A DNA stretch of 64,000 nt from Bdellovibrionota bacterium (GTDB lineage Bacteria; Bdellovibrionota; UBA1018; CAIPTA01; JAALKR01): positions 1,600,001 through 1,664,000 of the forward strand of contig CBDBMJ010000001.1 of assembly GCA_965207455.1 (NCBI GenBank), given 5' to 3'. Under the pieces are notes generated by a model. The model was not told where the DNA came from. It made no database searches and saw only the letters and a program-made list of their open reading frames with translations. The position numbers were made by a program, and so were the translations under genes. Shown one piece after another: positions 19,436 to 29,359 of the stretch (its first letter is position 1; each line of letters starts with the position of its first letter).

Positions 19436-20388
19436 GCACTACTACTAACAAACCTCAGGTTACGCCTCAGGCTACACCCAAGGCCACACGCCAAGCATTT
19501 GGTGAAGCTCTTTTGGAATTAGGATCCAAGCATCCCGACATTGTTGTTCTCGATGCAGATCTTTCCTGTTCCACCAAAAGTAGTCTTTTTGCGAAGGAAT
19601 TTCCCCATCGATTTTTTCAGATGGGTATTGCTGAAGCAAATATGATTGGTACGGGAGCGGGTTTAGCTCTTGCGGGAAAAATTCCTTTTATTTGCAGTTT
19701 TGCTTGTTTTCTTACGGGTCGTTTTGATCAAATTCGTATGTCCATTTCCTACACCTGTGCGAATGTGCGTATTGTGGGAACCCATGCGGGTGTGGGTATT
19801 GGAGAAGATGGTCATTCGCAGATGGGTTTAGAGGATATGGCGTGTATGCGATCCCTTCCCAATATGACTGTTTTGCAGCCAGCAGACGAGGCTGAGACAA
19901 AGGCTATGGTGGAGGAGCTTATTACCTATGACGGACCTGCTTACTTGAGGCTCCTTCGTCAAAATGTTCCCCCTGTTCATGCTCCCAATACAAAATTTAA
20001 AATAGGCGCTATGCACGTTTTAGAAAAAGGATCGGCTGCGTTGGTATTGGCTACAGGTGGAGTGGTGCATACAGCGTTAGAGGCAGCTAAGAGTTTACAG
20101 CTTCCCTTAGAGGTGGTGAATGTATCGTCGATTAAGCCCATAGATCGGGAGTTTTTGCAAAAAGCCACGGAGCGATTTTCCACTTTTATTACGGTGGAGG
20201 ATCACTATATTGAGGGTGGTTTAGGGGGAGCAGTGGCTGAGGTCTTGGGAGATTTAGGCACGCCCACTAGGCTTCACCGGATTGGTGTGGAAAAGTTTGG
20301 TGAGAGCGGTAGTCCCAGTGATTTATACGAAGAGCATGGTCTTTCGGCTGCTGGTTTGGAAAGTCGCTTTTCCAAGCTTTTATTATAG
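19432..20388 (+). CDS. Transketolase, C-terminal subunit
   Basis: DADLS.STK, GIAEANM, GEDGHSQ, TVEDH; ATGA overlap with N-subunit. Confidence 0.93.
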   Translation: MSTTTNKPQVTPQATPKATRQAFGEALLELGSKHPDIVVLDADLSCSTKSSLFAKEFPHRFFQMGIAEANMIGTGAGLALAGKIPFICSFACFLTGRFDQIRMSISYTCANVRIVGTHAGVGIGEDGHSQMGLEDMACMRSLPNMTVLQPADEAETKAMVEELITYDGPAYLRLLRQNVPPVHAPNTKFKIGAMHVLEKGSAALVLATGGVVHTALEAAKSLQLPLEVVNVSSIKPIDREFLQKATERFSTFITVEDHYIEGGLGGAVAEVLGDLGTPTRLHRIGVEKFGESGSPSDLYEEHGLSAAGLESRFSKLLL

Positions 20389-20391
20389 CGT

Positions 20392-20805
20392 ATGGGTATT
20401 TTTTTAGATCATATTGGTATAGCGATACAAAAGAATTCTCCTTTGATAAAACTTTTTGAGGTTTTGGGCTTACCGGTGGACGCCACTGAGGTGGTGCCGG
20501 AGGAAAAGGTAAAGGTGCATTTCGTTCCTCTTCCCAAGGGCAAGGCTAGAGTGGAGTTATTGGAGGGTGTGGAGCCTGAATCAAAAATCACCAAGTTTTT
20601 AGAGAAAAGAAAAAAAGACGGTGTTCATCACCTTTGTTTTCGAGTCGACGACTTAGATCTAGTTAGTCAAAAGATACGCGCCCTAGGTTTTTCCCTTGTT
20701 TACGACCAACCGGGAAAGGGTGCTGGTGGATGTAAGGTAAATTTCATTCATCCCAAGACCACGGGCGGGATTTTGATTGAGCTTTCTAGCGCTCCCGCTG
20801 ATTAA
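20392..20805 (+). CDS. mce: Methylmalonyl-CoA epimerase (VOC family)
   Basis: DHIGIA, VELLE, GVHHLCFRV, FIHPKTTGGILIEL. Confidence 0.88.
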   Translation: MGIFLDHIGIAIQKNSPLIKLFEVLGLPVDATEVVPEEKVKVHFVPLPKGKARVELLEGVEPESKITKFLEKRKKDGVHHLCFRVDDLDLVSQKIRALGFSLVYDQPGKGAGGCKVNFIHPKTTGGILIELSSAPAD

Positions 20806-20823
20806 TACAAAGCTCTCTGTTTA

Positions 20824-22668
20824 TTACAAATCACAGGTTCTGCCATGAATAACAACCCCTGGAGTGCCGCAGATTAAAGTGAGTTCGCTGTCTTTTGGTG
20901 TGGCGCCTGAAAATATTTCAGTCTCTCGCAGTAATTGATTATTTAAATCCCAACCGCTTATATTCAGTTCGGTCAGATTGGGTGCAAAGGCAAAAATATT
21001 AGAAAATTTCATCACATTAGAGATATTGAAATTAGATACATTAAGGGTAATTAAATTCTCAGCATGAGAAAACATACTGCTCATATCTATTACTTGAGAG
21101 GTATCAAAATTAGAGACATCCAGAGAAATTAAGCTCCTGTTGTTATAAAACATATCACTCATATCTATAACACGAGAGGTGTTGAAACTAGATAGATTAA
21201 GAGAAGTTAGGTTGAAGGCATTGCTGAACATGTCTCTCATATTTGTAACACGAGAGGTATCAAAGCTAGATATATCAAGAGAAGTTAAATTATTAGTATG
21301 AGCAAACATATCACTCATGCTCATTACATTGGAAGTATCGAAATTAGATAGGTTAAGTTCGGTTAAATCCGAAGCAAACCAAAACATTCCGCTCATATTT
21401 TTCACGCTAGAGGTATCAAAGTTAGATACATCCAAAGTAGTTAATTTATCAGAAACAGCGAACATCCAGCTCATACTCGTAACATGGGATGTATTAAAAT
21501 TAGAGACATCTAGGGCAGTTAAACTTTTCATATAAGAAAACATACCTCTCATATTTGTAACGAGAGAAGTATCAAAATTAGATACGTCAAGGGCAGCTAA
21601 ACTATCAGTACCTCTAAACATATTTTTCATATTTGTAACACGAGAGGTATCAAAATTAGAGACATCCAGAAAACTTATGATATCAGAATTAGCAAACATC
21701 CTGCTCATATCTGTAACGAGAGAAGTGTCAAAATTAGAGACATCCAGTGCAATTACGCTACTCGTACGCCTAAACATATTTTTCATACTTGTAACACGAG
21801 AGGTATCAAAATTAGATACATCCAGCGCGGTTAATTCCCGAGAATCATCGAACATATTGCTCATATCGGTAACACGGGAAGTATTGAAATTAGATACATC
21901 CAGCGCAGTTAATTTCTGGGTATGCGCAAACATCCAGCTCATATCGGTAACACTAGAGGTATTCAAGTTAGATACATCAAGCGAAGTTAATTTATTCGCT
22001 CGAAGAAAGATATTGCTCATATCGGTAACACGAGAAGTATCGAAATTAGAGATATCCAGGGTAGTTAAGCTCCTAGTATAAGCAAACATCCAACTCATAT
22101 CGGTAACACTGGAGGTATCTAGACCAGACAGATCAACAGAATTTAGTTCTATAGCATGGAAAAACATACCCACCATACTCGTTACCTTAGAGATATCCGT
22201 ACTGCCAGAGGTAAATGAAGTAAGGTTGCACCTACTAAAAGCATCCTCAAGACTCACCCAACCCACCTTTCCAAGGCTTTCCACTTCAAGAATCTGCGTG
22301 CTCTCATCAAGTGAGCAACCGGACAGTGCCTCTAAGGTTCCTTGAATTGTAACTTTATAATAACCAGATGATCTATAGGTATGATGTTTTGCAGGATCGT
22401 CATAAGAGGTGACTCGTTGAGGCTTGGATCCATCACCCCAATTCACAGTAAAATTGTAATGATAGCCTTCTCTTAGGGAAAGGGTACGATTAAGAGTTTC
22501 ACCAGTGGGCCAGAAGAATACAAAGGGTGCTTTCTCATCCACAGCCGGGTTTGCTGATGATAGGCTGGTAGCGAGAGTGTGCGGTGCTAAAGCAGCAAAA
22601 GCATGCATTGGTGCGCCTCCCACAATAGCTAGCGTTAGGATCCATAATAATAGAACTTTATTTTTTAT
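20824..22668 (-). CDS. DUF285/BspA-like LRR surface protein 1 (~16 repeats); canonical start codon missing
   Basis: 26-aa repeats LDVSNFDTS.VT.M..MF; N-domain YNFTVNWGDG; in-frame signal peptide extends to ATA at 22668 behind GGAG. Confidence 0.85.
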   Translation of the reverse strand: MKNKVLLLWILTLAIVGGAPMHAFAALAPHTLATSLSSANPAVDEKAPFVFFWPTGETLNRTLSLREGYHYNFTVNWGDGSKPQRVTSYDDPAKHHTYRSSGYYKVTIQGTLEALSGCSLDESTQILEVESLGKVGWVSLEDAFSRCNLTSFTSGSTDISKVTSMVGMFFHAIELNSVDLSGLDTSSVTDMSWMFAYTRSLTTLDISNFDTSRVTDMSNIFLRANKLTSLDVSNLNTSSVTDMSWMFAHTQKLTALDVSNFNTSRVTDMSNMFDDSRELTALDVSNFDTSRVTSMKNMFRRTSSVIALDVSNFDTSLVTDMSRMFANSDIISFLDVSNFDTSRVTNMKNMFRGTDSLAALDVSNFDTSLVTNMRGMFSYMKSLTALDVSNFNTSHVTSMSWMFAVSDKLTTLDVSNFDTSSVKNMSGMFWFASDLTELNLSNFDTSNVMSMSDMFAHTNNLTSLDISSFDTSRVTNMRDMFSNAFNLTSLNLSSFNTSRVIDMSDMFYNNRSLISLDVSNFDTSQVIDMSSMFSHAENLITLNVSNFNISNVMKFSNIFAFAPNLTELNISGWDLNNQLLRETEIFSGATPKDSELTLICGTPGVVIHGRTCDL

Positions 22669-22716
22669 GATATGTCTCCACGTTCATAATCCGCCATCCT
22701 CAATGAGGTGCTTTTG

Positions 22717-24105
22717 TTACAAATCACAGGTTCTGTCACCAACAACAAACCCTGGAGTGCCGCAAATTAAAGTAAGTTCATCGTTCTTTGGTGAGGTGCC
22801 TGAAAACATTTCTGATTTTATTAAAAATTGATTACTCAAATCCCAACCACTTATATTAAGCTGGGTGAGGCCCTTCATATAAGAAAAAATTTCACTAAAG
22901 TTCAACACATTGGCAGTATCAAAATTAGATAGATCAAGGGAAGATATATTATAAGCACCAAAAAACATATACCTCATATCCCTCACATTAGAGGTATCAA
23001 AATTAGATACATCAAGAGAAGTTAAGCCCGAAGTAACAGAAAACATACTAGTCATATTTTGCACTTTAGAAGTGTCAAAATTAGATACATCAAGAGAAGT
23101 TATATTATAAGCACCAGAAAACATATGCCTCATATCCCTCACATTAGAGGTATCAAAATTAGATACATCAAGAGAAGTTAAATTGACAGTACGAATGAAC
23201 ATCCCACTCATGTCTGTAACATTAGCGGTATCAAAATTAGATACATCAAGAGAAACTAAAAGATTGTTATCAACAAACATGTTGTCCATAGTTGTGACAT
23301 TAGAGGTGTCAAAATTAGATACATCGAGTGCAGTTAGTTCCCTTAAATCATAAAACATTCTCTGCATATTTGTAACACTAGAGGTGTCAAAACTAGATAC
23401 ATTTAGTGTAGTTAAATTACGAGCATGCAAAAACATGCCCCGCATATTTGTAACACTAGAGGTATCAAAACTAGATAAATCAAGAGAAGTTAATTTGAGA
23501 GTATTCGCAAACATCCCACGCATATCTGTAACACTAGAGGTATCTAGACCAGATAAATCGACAGAGGTTAAGTCTCGAACCCCATAAAACATATCAGCCA
23601 TACTCTTTACTTTAGACGTGTCTGTATTGCCTGCGGTAAATGAAGTAAGGCTGCATCTACTAAAAGCGTTTTCAAGAGTTAACCAACCAACTTTTCCAAG
23701 ATTCTCCACGCTACGAATTTTACTATAGTTATATGAACAGCCAGATAGGGATAAGGCCTCAAAGGTTCCTTTGATTGTAACTCTGTAAGTGCCAAGTGAT
23801 TTATACTTATGATATTTAGAGGGATCATCATAAGAAGTAATCCGTTGAGGTTCAGAACCGTCGCCCCAATCCACAGTAAAGTCGTAATTATAGCCCTTAC
23901 TTAGGGGAAGGGTAGTATTTTTGTAGGAATGCCAAGTAAATACAAAAGGGAAATTCTCATCCACTGTCGAGTTTGCTGATGGCATGCTGGTATCGATAGT
24001 GGGTGGTGCTAAAGCAGCAAACGCATGCATTGACCCTCCCGCAGCAACGGTTAGCACTAAACTCCATAACAATAGAGCTTTATTTTTTATTGTTTTATTT
24101 TTCAT
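22717..24105 (-). CDS. DUF285/BspA-like LRR surface protein 2 (~10 repeats)
   Basis: Signal MKNKTIKNKALLLW..HAFA; YDFTVDWGDG; repeats; C-term ICGTPG..RTCDL. Confidence 0.9.
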   Translation of the reverse strand: MKNKTIKNKALLLWSLVLTVAAGGSMHAFAALAPPTIDTSMPSANSTVDENFPFVFTWHSYKNTTLPLSKGYNYDFTVDWGDGSEPQRITSYDDPSKYHKYKSLGTYRVTIKGTFEALSLSGCSYNYSKIRSVENLGKVGWLTLENAFSRCSLTSFTAGNTDTSKVKSMADMFYGVRDLTSVDLSGLDTSSVTDMRGMFANTLKLTSLDLSSFDTSSVTNMRGMFLHARNLTTLNVSSFDTSSVTNMQRMFYDLRELTALDVSNFDTSNVTTMDNMFVDNNLLVSLDVSNFDTANVTDMSGMFIRTVNLTSLDVSNFDTSNVRDMRHMFSGAYNITSLDVSNFDTSKVQNMTSMFSVTSGLTSLDVSNFDTSNVRDMRYMFFGAYNISSLDLSNFDTANVLNFSEIFSYMKGLTQLNISGWDLSNQFLIKSEMFSGTSPKNDELTLICGTPGFVVGDRTCDL

Positions 24106-24153
24106 AACTTGTCCCTCCATTTATAATCTACCATCCTTAATGAACTCCTTTTG

Positions 24154-25776
24154 TTACAAATCACAGGTTCTGCTATGAGTAACAATTCCTGGAGTGCCAC
24201 AAATTAAAGTAAGTTCATCATCCGGTGTAGTCCCGTAAAACATTCTGGAGGTTCTCCATCTGGGTACTTTACTTAAATCCCAGCCACTTATATTAAGCTG
24301 GGTGACCCTCATATAAGAAAAAATTTCACTAAAGTTCAGCACATTGGCAGTATTAAAATTAGATAGATCAAGGGAAGATATCTTATAATTACCAGAAAAC
24401 ATATTACGCATATTATGCACTTTAGAAGTGTTGAAATTGGATACATCAAGGGAGGTTAAACCCGAAGCGTTAGCAAACATATACCTCATATCCCTCACAT
24501 TAGAGGTATCAAAATTAGATACATCAAGAGAAAGTAAACTATTGTTATCAGTAAACATTTTGTACATAGTTGTGACATTAGAGGTATCAAAACCAGATAC
24601 ATCGAGTGTAGTTAGTTCCCTCAAATCATAAAACATTCCATGCATCTTTGTAACGCTAGAGGTATCAAAACTAGATATATTTAGTGTAGTTAAATTACGA
24701 GCATGCGAAAACATGTACTGCATATTTGTAACACTAGAGGTATCAAAACTAGATAAATTAAGAGAAGTTAAATTAAAGGTATTAGCAAACATCCCACTCA
24801 TGTCTGTAACAGTAGAGGTATCAAAATTAGATAGATCAAGAGAAAGTAAACTATTGTTATCAGTAAACATGCTGTACATAGTTGTGACATTAGAGGTATC
24901 AAAACCAGATACATCGAGTGTAGTTAGTTCTCTCAAATCATGAAACATTCCATGCATCTTTGTAACGCTAGAGGTATCAAAACTAGATATATTTAGTGCA
25001 GTTAAATTACGAGCATGCGAAAACATGTACTGCATATTTGTAACACTAGAGGTATCAAAACTAGATAAATCAAGAGAAGTTAATTTTAAAGTAGTCGAAA
25101 ACATCCTGTGCATATCTGTAACACTAGAGGTATCAAAACTAGATAAATCAAGAGAAGTTAATTTTAAAGTAGTCGAAAACATCCTGTGCATATCTGTAAC
25201 ACTAGAGGTATCTAGACCAGACAAATCAACAAAGGTTAAGTCTCGAGCTCTATAAAACATCTCAGCCATACTCTTTACTTTAGACGTGTCTGTATTGCCT
25301 GCGGTAAATGAAGTAAGTTTTGTGTATTTACTAAAAGCACGCCTAAAGCTTAACCAGCCAACCTTTCCAAGTTGCCTTACTTCAATCAATTTATTATTAG
25401 GTTCGTAAGAACGCCATGCTTCCAAGCGTCCTTTAATTTTAATCACATAATCTCCAGCTATCTCATAAGTATGAGTTGAATCTTCATCATTGTAAGAATT
25501 GATTTTTTGAGGACGTGAACCATCACCCCAATCAACAGTAAAGTTATAGTTATAACCTTTTGGTATGTCCATGGTTATACTAGGATCTTCATCGCGAATA
25601 CGCCAAACAGATATAAAGGGAACACTCTCATCTATTGTTGGATTTGTTGATAGTGTACTAGTGGCAAGAGTGGATGGTGCTAAAGCAGCAAACGCATGCA
25701 TTGACCCTCCCGCAGCAACGGTTAGCACTAAACTCCATAATAATAGAGCTTTATTTTTTATTATTTTATTTTTCAT
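24154..25776 (-). CDS. DUF285/BspA-like LRR surface protein 3 (~13 repeats)
   Basis: Same architecture; contains recent internal duplications. Confidence 0.9.
   Translation of the reverse strand: MKNKIIKNKALLLWSLVLTVAAGGSMHAFAALAPSTLATSTLSTNPTIDESVPFISVWRIRDEDPSITMDIPKGYNYNFTVDWGDGSRPQKINSYNDEDSTHTYEIAGDYVIKIKGRLEAWRSYEPNNKLIEVRQLGKVGWLSFRRAFSKYTKLTSFTAGNTDTSKVKSMAEMFYRARDLTFVDLSGLDTSSVTDMHRMFSTTLKLTSLDLSSFDTSSVTDMHRMFSTTLKLTSLDLSSFDTSSVTNMQYMFSHARNLTALNISSFDTSSVTKMHGMFHDLRELTTLDVSGFDTSNVTTMYSMFTDNNSLLSLDLSNFDTSTVTDMSGMFANTFNLTSLNLSSFDTSSVTNMQYMFSHARNLTTLNISSFDTSSVTKMHGMFYDLRELTTLDVSGFDTSNVTTMYKMFTDNNSLLSLDVSNFDTSNVRDMRYMFANASGLTSLDVSNFNTSKVHNMRNMFSGNYKISSLDLSNFNTANVLNFSEIFSYMRVTQLNISGWDLSKVPRWRTSRMFYGTTPDDELTLICGTPGIVTHSRTCDL
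24523..25212. repeat. Intragenic tandem duplications (312-bp and 78-bp periods)
   Basis: Block from ~24523 recurs at ~24835 (offset 312) with few substitutions; identical unit at ~25069 and ~25147 (offset 78). Confidence 0.9.
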
Positions 25777-26490
25777 AATTTGTTCTCCTCTTTATTTTAT
25801 CGTTTAAGCAAATTAATTTTTTAAATGTCTTTTCAAAAGTAAAGGTTAAGATGGAATAAGATAAAAAGTCAATGCAGTAAATTAGTTTATTTAGTTTGGT
25901 CGCAAAACACATAACTAAAAATGATTGTGTCATAGAATTTTTATTTGCATTTGTCTAAAGGCATTATGAGTAACGTGTCAGAATATATCAATTTTAGTTT
26001 CGCCCCCCACAGTATTTAAAAATACTTTATTAGTGCCACGACTATATTAAGTGCCAATGAATCTATCACCTTACCTATAAAAGAAGGTTACAACTGCAAT
26101 GGGGAAAATGGAACCAGCAGTACCGTCAGGAATCCATCTTGTTATTTATCACTGGAACATATAGTCAGTCAGAAATTGGATGAATCACCAAGCTTTATTT
26201 TTCAATAAAAAAAATACAGCGACGCATGAGGCATAAAGTTCAAAAGAATTTGAACTGTTGCTTGCAGTCAATAATTTCCTTTTCGATAACAAGTTGATAA
26301 CGGTGATGCGTAAGGAAAAAATTGTTTTATTAATTCTTGACATGATTATTAAGTGTCGGCAAACTTTTTAAAGAAAGGTTACAAACTTTAATGAATGATA
26401 TGGAAATAAATCAGGAGGAAAAATGATACAAAAAGAAAAACAATTTATGAAAAATAAAATAATAAAAAATAAAACTCTATTATTATGGAG
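25733..26490. repeat. 44-bp inverted repeat (25733-25776 / 26447-26490) flanking the divergent intergenic region
   Basis: ATGAAAAATAAAATAATAAAAAATAAA(G/A)CTCTATTATTATGGAG on opposite strands, one mismatch. Confidence 0.85.
26020..26100 (+). pseudogene. Relic of DUF285-protein N-terminal domain
   Basis: Manual translation KYFISATTILSANESITLPIKEGYNCN, compare FVSTWKTITANESITL (27605 ORF) and TLPLKEGYNYN (26447 gene); no start codon, no repeats. Confidence 0.65.
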
Positions 26491-27517
26491 CTTAATCTTG
26501 ACCGCCGTGGTGCTTGTGCCAATGCATGCTTTTGCTGTTTTGATGCCGTCCACTCTTGCTACCAACATATCACCAACAGATCCAACGGTGGATGAGAACG
26601 CTCCTTTTGTATTTACTTGGCGTGCTCACCGCAATGCTACTCTTCCCCTAAAGGAAGGCTATAATTATAACTTTACTGTTGATTGGGGTGATGGATCTGA
26701 ACCCCAAAAGGTCACTTCTTATGACGATCCTGCAAAACACCACGAGTATAAATCACGCGACTCTTACAAAGTTACAATTAAAGGAACCTTCGAGGCTATG
26801 GGGAATTGGTCAACTTTCGGTAAGGGAGAACTTCTTAAAGTAGAAAATCTCGGAAAGGTTGGCTGGGTGACTCTTGAAAGTGCCTTTTCTAATTGTTGGA
26901 TTGGTAACCTTACCTCGTTCACCTCCGGCAATACGGATATTTCTAAAGTAAAGAGCATGGCTCATATGTTTCATTGTGCTGCACACTTAATCTCTGTTGA
27001 TCTATCTGACCTAGATACCTCTAGTGTTACAGATATGAGTGAGATGTTTTCGCATACTCCCAAATTAACTTCTCTTGATTTATCTAGTTTTGATACCTCT
27101 AATGTTACAAATATGAAGAGCATGTTTTATAAGGCAAAGAACTTAGCTGCACTTGATGTATCTAGCTTTGATACCTCTAATGTCACAACTATGAGCTATA
27201 TGTTTGCTAAGACCTTTAATCTAACCTCTCTTGACCTATCTCACTTTGATACTTCTAATGTTACAAATATGTACAATATGTTTGCTAAGACTTTTAGTTT
27301 AACCTCTCTTGACCTATCTCACTTTGATACCTCTAATGTTATAGAAATGAGTGGGATGTTTGCTTTTTCTAGCTTGGTTTTGCTTGATGTCACGGGATGG
27401 AATACTCAAAATGTAAAAAGTCGGTATGTTTTTGCTAGAATGGCAGAAGATCTAATTGTGTACTGTGAATCAACAAGATCAGAATTCTTTGGCAGGCCTT
27501 GCTACCACAAATCTTAA
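26447..27517 (+). CDS. DUF285/BspA-like LRR surface protein 4 (~6-7 repeats)
   Basis: Signal MKNKIIKNKTLLLW..HAFA; YNFTVDWGDG; repeats (alternative ATG 26423 with GGAGG RBS). Confidence 0.9.
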   Translation: MKNKIIKNKTLLLWSLILTAVVLVPMHAFAVLMPSTLATNISPTDPTVDENAPFVFTWRAHRNATLPLKEGYNYNFTVDWGDGSEPQKVTSYDDPAKHHEYKSRDSYKVTIKGTFEAMGNWSTFGKGELLKVENLGKVGWVTLESAFSNCWIGNLTSFTSGNTDISKVKSMAHMFHCAAHLISVDLSDLDTSSVTDMSEMFSHTPKLTSLDLSSFDTSNVTNMKSMFYKAKNLAALDVSSFDTSNVTTMSYMFAKTFNLTSLDLSHFDTSNVTNMYNMFAKTFSLTSLDLSHFDTSNVIEMSGMFAFSSLVLLDVTGWNTQNVKSRYVFARMAEDLIVYCESTRSEFFGRPCYHKS

Positions 27518-27604
27518 ACTAGCCTTGCATATATACTATTAAGCACGAGCAAACTTTCGAAAGAATATTATAAATTTAATAAATAATACAGAAAGAAAAA
27601 CAAT

Positions 27605-27796
27605 ATGAATTGCCGCTTAGCTTTGGCTATTTGCTTATCCGTTGGGCTTTTCTTTACAACAGCACTGAAGGCTGCGCCTGATCGATCAAATGAAAAGACC
27701 CCTTTCGTATCAACATGGAAAACAATTACTGCCAATGAATCCATCACCCTGTCTTTAGTACAAGGCTTCAAGGTATTAGGAATAAAATCATTATAG
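27605..27796 (+). pseudogene. Truncated DUF285-family paralogue (signal peptide plus start of N-domain)
   Basis: NEKTPFVSTWKTITANESITLSL then stop; upstream sequence resembles that of the 26447 gene. Confidence 0.7.
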
Positions 27797-27804
27797 TGAA
27801 AGGT

Positions 27805-28272
27805 TTAGTTGTTCTCGGCTAGAGAAGCAGAAACAATAAAAGCAGCTTTAATATTTTCCTTACGTGCGTCTACAGTCAGTGAGATATCCAGTTCGTATTT
27901 CGAGTTATGAACTCCACCCTTAGCTCTACAAATGAATACCTTGGAGTCACGAGTGATACACCTATGAGTCACATAGCTTCTTACTGAAGATCCGTTGTCG
28001 TGAAAAGATATTTCTAATTCAAGTCCATTATCGCTATCACTGAATTTAGCTACAACTTGAAGACCTCTCGCACTAGCAGTGCAACGCAATCTAAAATACT
28101 CTCCGTCAATAGGAGTCTGTCTACTACACTTACTTGTTTCGCTATCAACCTCCACCATATTACCAAGATCTGGGTATGTGGCTTGACCAGGGTGTTGTTC
28201 TACTCCGCAGCCATATAGCATGCTAGCGCTAATAAGGGCGGTTATAATTATATTTTTTCTTGTACGCATCAT
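27805..28272 (-). CDS. Hypothetical lipoprotein (C-x14-C...C-x9-C)
   Basis: Lipobox MLYGC; GGAG RBS; TTGACA upstream. Confidence 0.75.
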   Translation of the reverse strand: MMRTRKNIIITALISASMLYGCGVEQHPGQATYPDLGNMVEVDSETSKCSRQTPIDGEYFRLRCTASARGLQVVAKFSDSDNGLELEISFHDNGSSVRSYVTHRCITRDSKVFICRAKGGVHNSKYELDISLTVDARKENIKAAFIVSASLAENN

Positions 28273-28501
28273 TGTTTTATACTCCGTATTATTCGTGTTT
28301 ATTCTGCTACATACTGACCATAGATCAATACTGCTGTCAATAAAAAATTACCCATGTGTAGGAGCACAGCTAAAACCTCATAATGCGACATATTGTTTTC
28401 TTTGTTTTAATGGTTCTTGCATTTACTTTTTATCCATCATAGGCTTCAGCTTGAAAGAGACAACATGAATTAAAAATCAACTTAAAAGAGGAAAACAAAT
28501 T

Positions 28502-29335
28502 ATGAAAAATAAAACTCTATTATTATGGAGCCGAACACTAACCATTGCTGCTTTGTTGGCACCTGCTGTCCTCTTCACTGGCTGCGTAGACTCATCAGAG
28601 GGGCCAACAGTAGATGAGACGGCACCTTTTATCTCTGTTTGGCATATTAAAAGTGAAAACCTTACGGTTACCCTTCCTCTAAAAAAGTATTATAACTACA
28701 ATTTCACTGTTGATTGGGGTGATGGTTCATTTCCTACAGCAGTCCTCTCTTACCATGATTTAAATAAAACGCACACTTATGAGAGAGCCGGGAAGTATGT
28801 AGTTACAATTGCTGGACTTTTAGAAACATGGGGTGTTGACAGGTTTTATGGCGAAAATCCTACTGAGTTCATTGAAGTAACGCAACTTGGAAAAATGGGC
28901 TGGTTAAGTTTGAGAAGAGCATTCCCTGGGAATTCCATTAAAAAATTCAATGCTGGTAAAACAGATACCTCTGGAGTAACAAGTATGAGCCGTATGTTTG
29001 AAGGTGCCGAGAATATAACCTCCCTTGATTTATCTGCTTTTAACACCTCTAGCCTAATAGATATGAGTGAAATGTTTTCTGAAATGTCGAGCGTAACTGT
29101 TCTGGATTTATCCCATTTTGATACCTCTAATGTAAAGTATGTTGAAAATATTTTCAGGGATATGCCTAGTCTCATTCAGTTGAATATAATGGGCTGGGAT
29201 TTAAGAGCACTGAGTGAAGCACATAGTCCTCTAATGTTTGTAGGTACTACAACGGAAGATAGTAAACTCAAGTTAATTTGCAATCCAAATATTATTGCAG
29301 CCTCTATTTATGGAAGAACCTGTGACCGGCAATAA
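28502..29335 (+). CDS. DUF285/BspA-like LRR lipoprotein 5 (~3 repeats)
   Basis: Lipobox LFTGC; PFISVW, YNFTVDWGDG; C-term GRTCD. Confidence 0.88.
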   Translation: MKNKTLLLWSRTLTIAALLAPAVLFTGCVDSSEGPTVDETAPFISVWHIKSENLTVTLPLKKYYNYNFTVDWGDGSFPTAVLSYHDLNKTHTYERAGKYVVTIAGLLETWGVDRFYGENPTEFIEVTQLGKMGWLSLRRAFPGNSIKKFNAGKTDTSGVTSMSRMFEGAENITSLDLSAFNTSSLIDMSEMFSEMSSVTVLDLSHFDTSNVKYVENIFRDMPSLIQLNIMGWDLRALSEAHSPLMFVGTTTEDSKLKLICNPNIIAASIYGRTCDRQ

Positions 29336-29359
29336 AAAATTATTATTTCATTAAGAGAG

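Noticed and set aside
18593..20388. Split transketolase as a frameshift
   Set aside because: Two-subunit transketolases are common; clean ATGA coupling
24523..25072. Diversity-generating retroelement TR/VR pair
   Set aside because: Both copies lie in one ORF, differences are not adenine-restricted (e.g. CAT/TAT), and no reverse transcriptase is present
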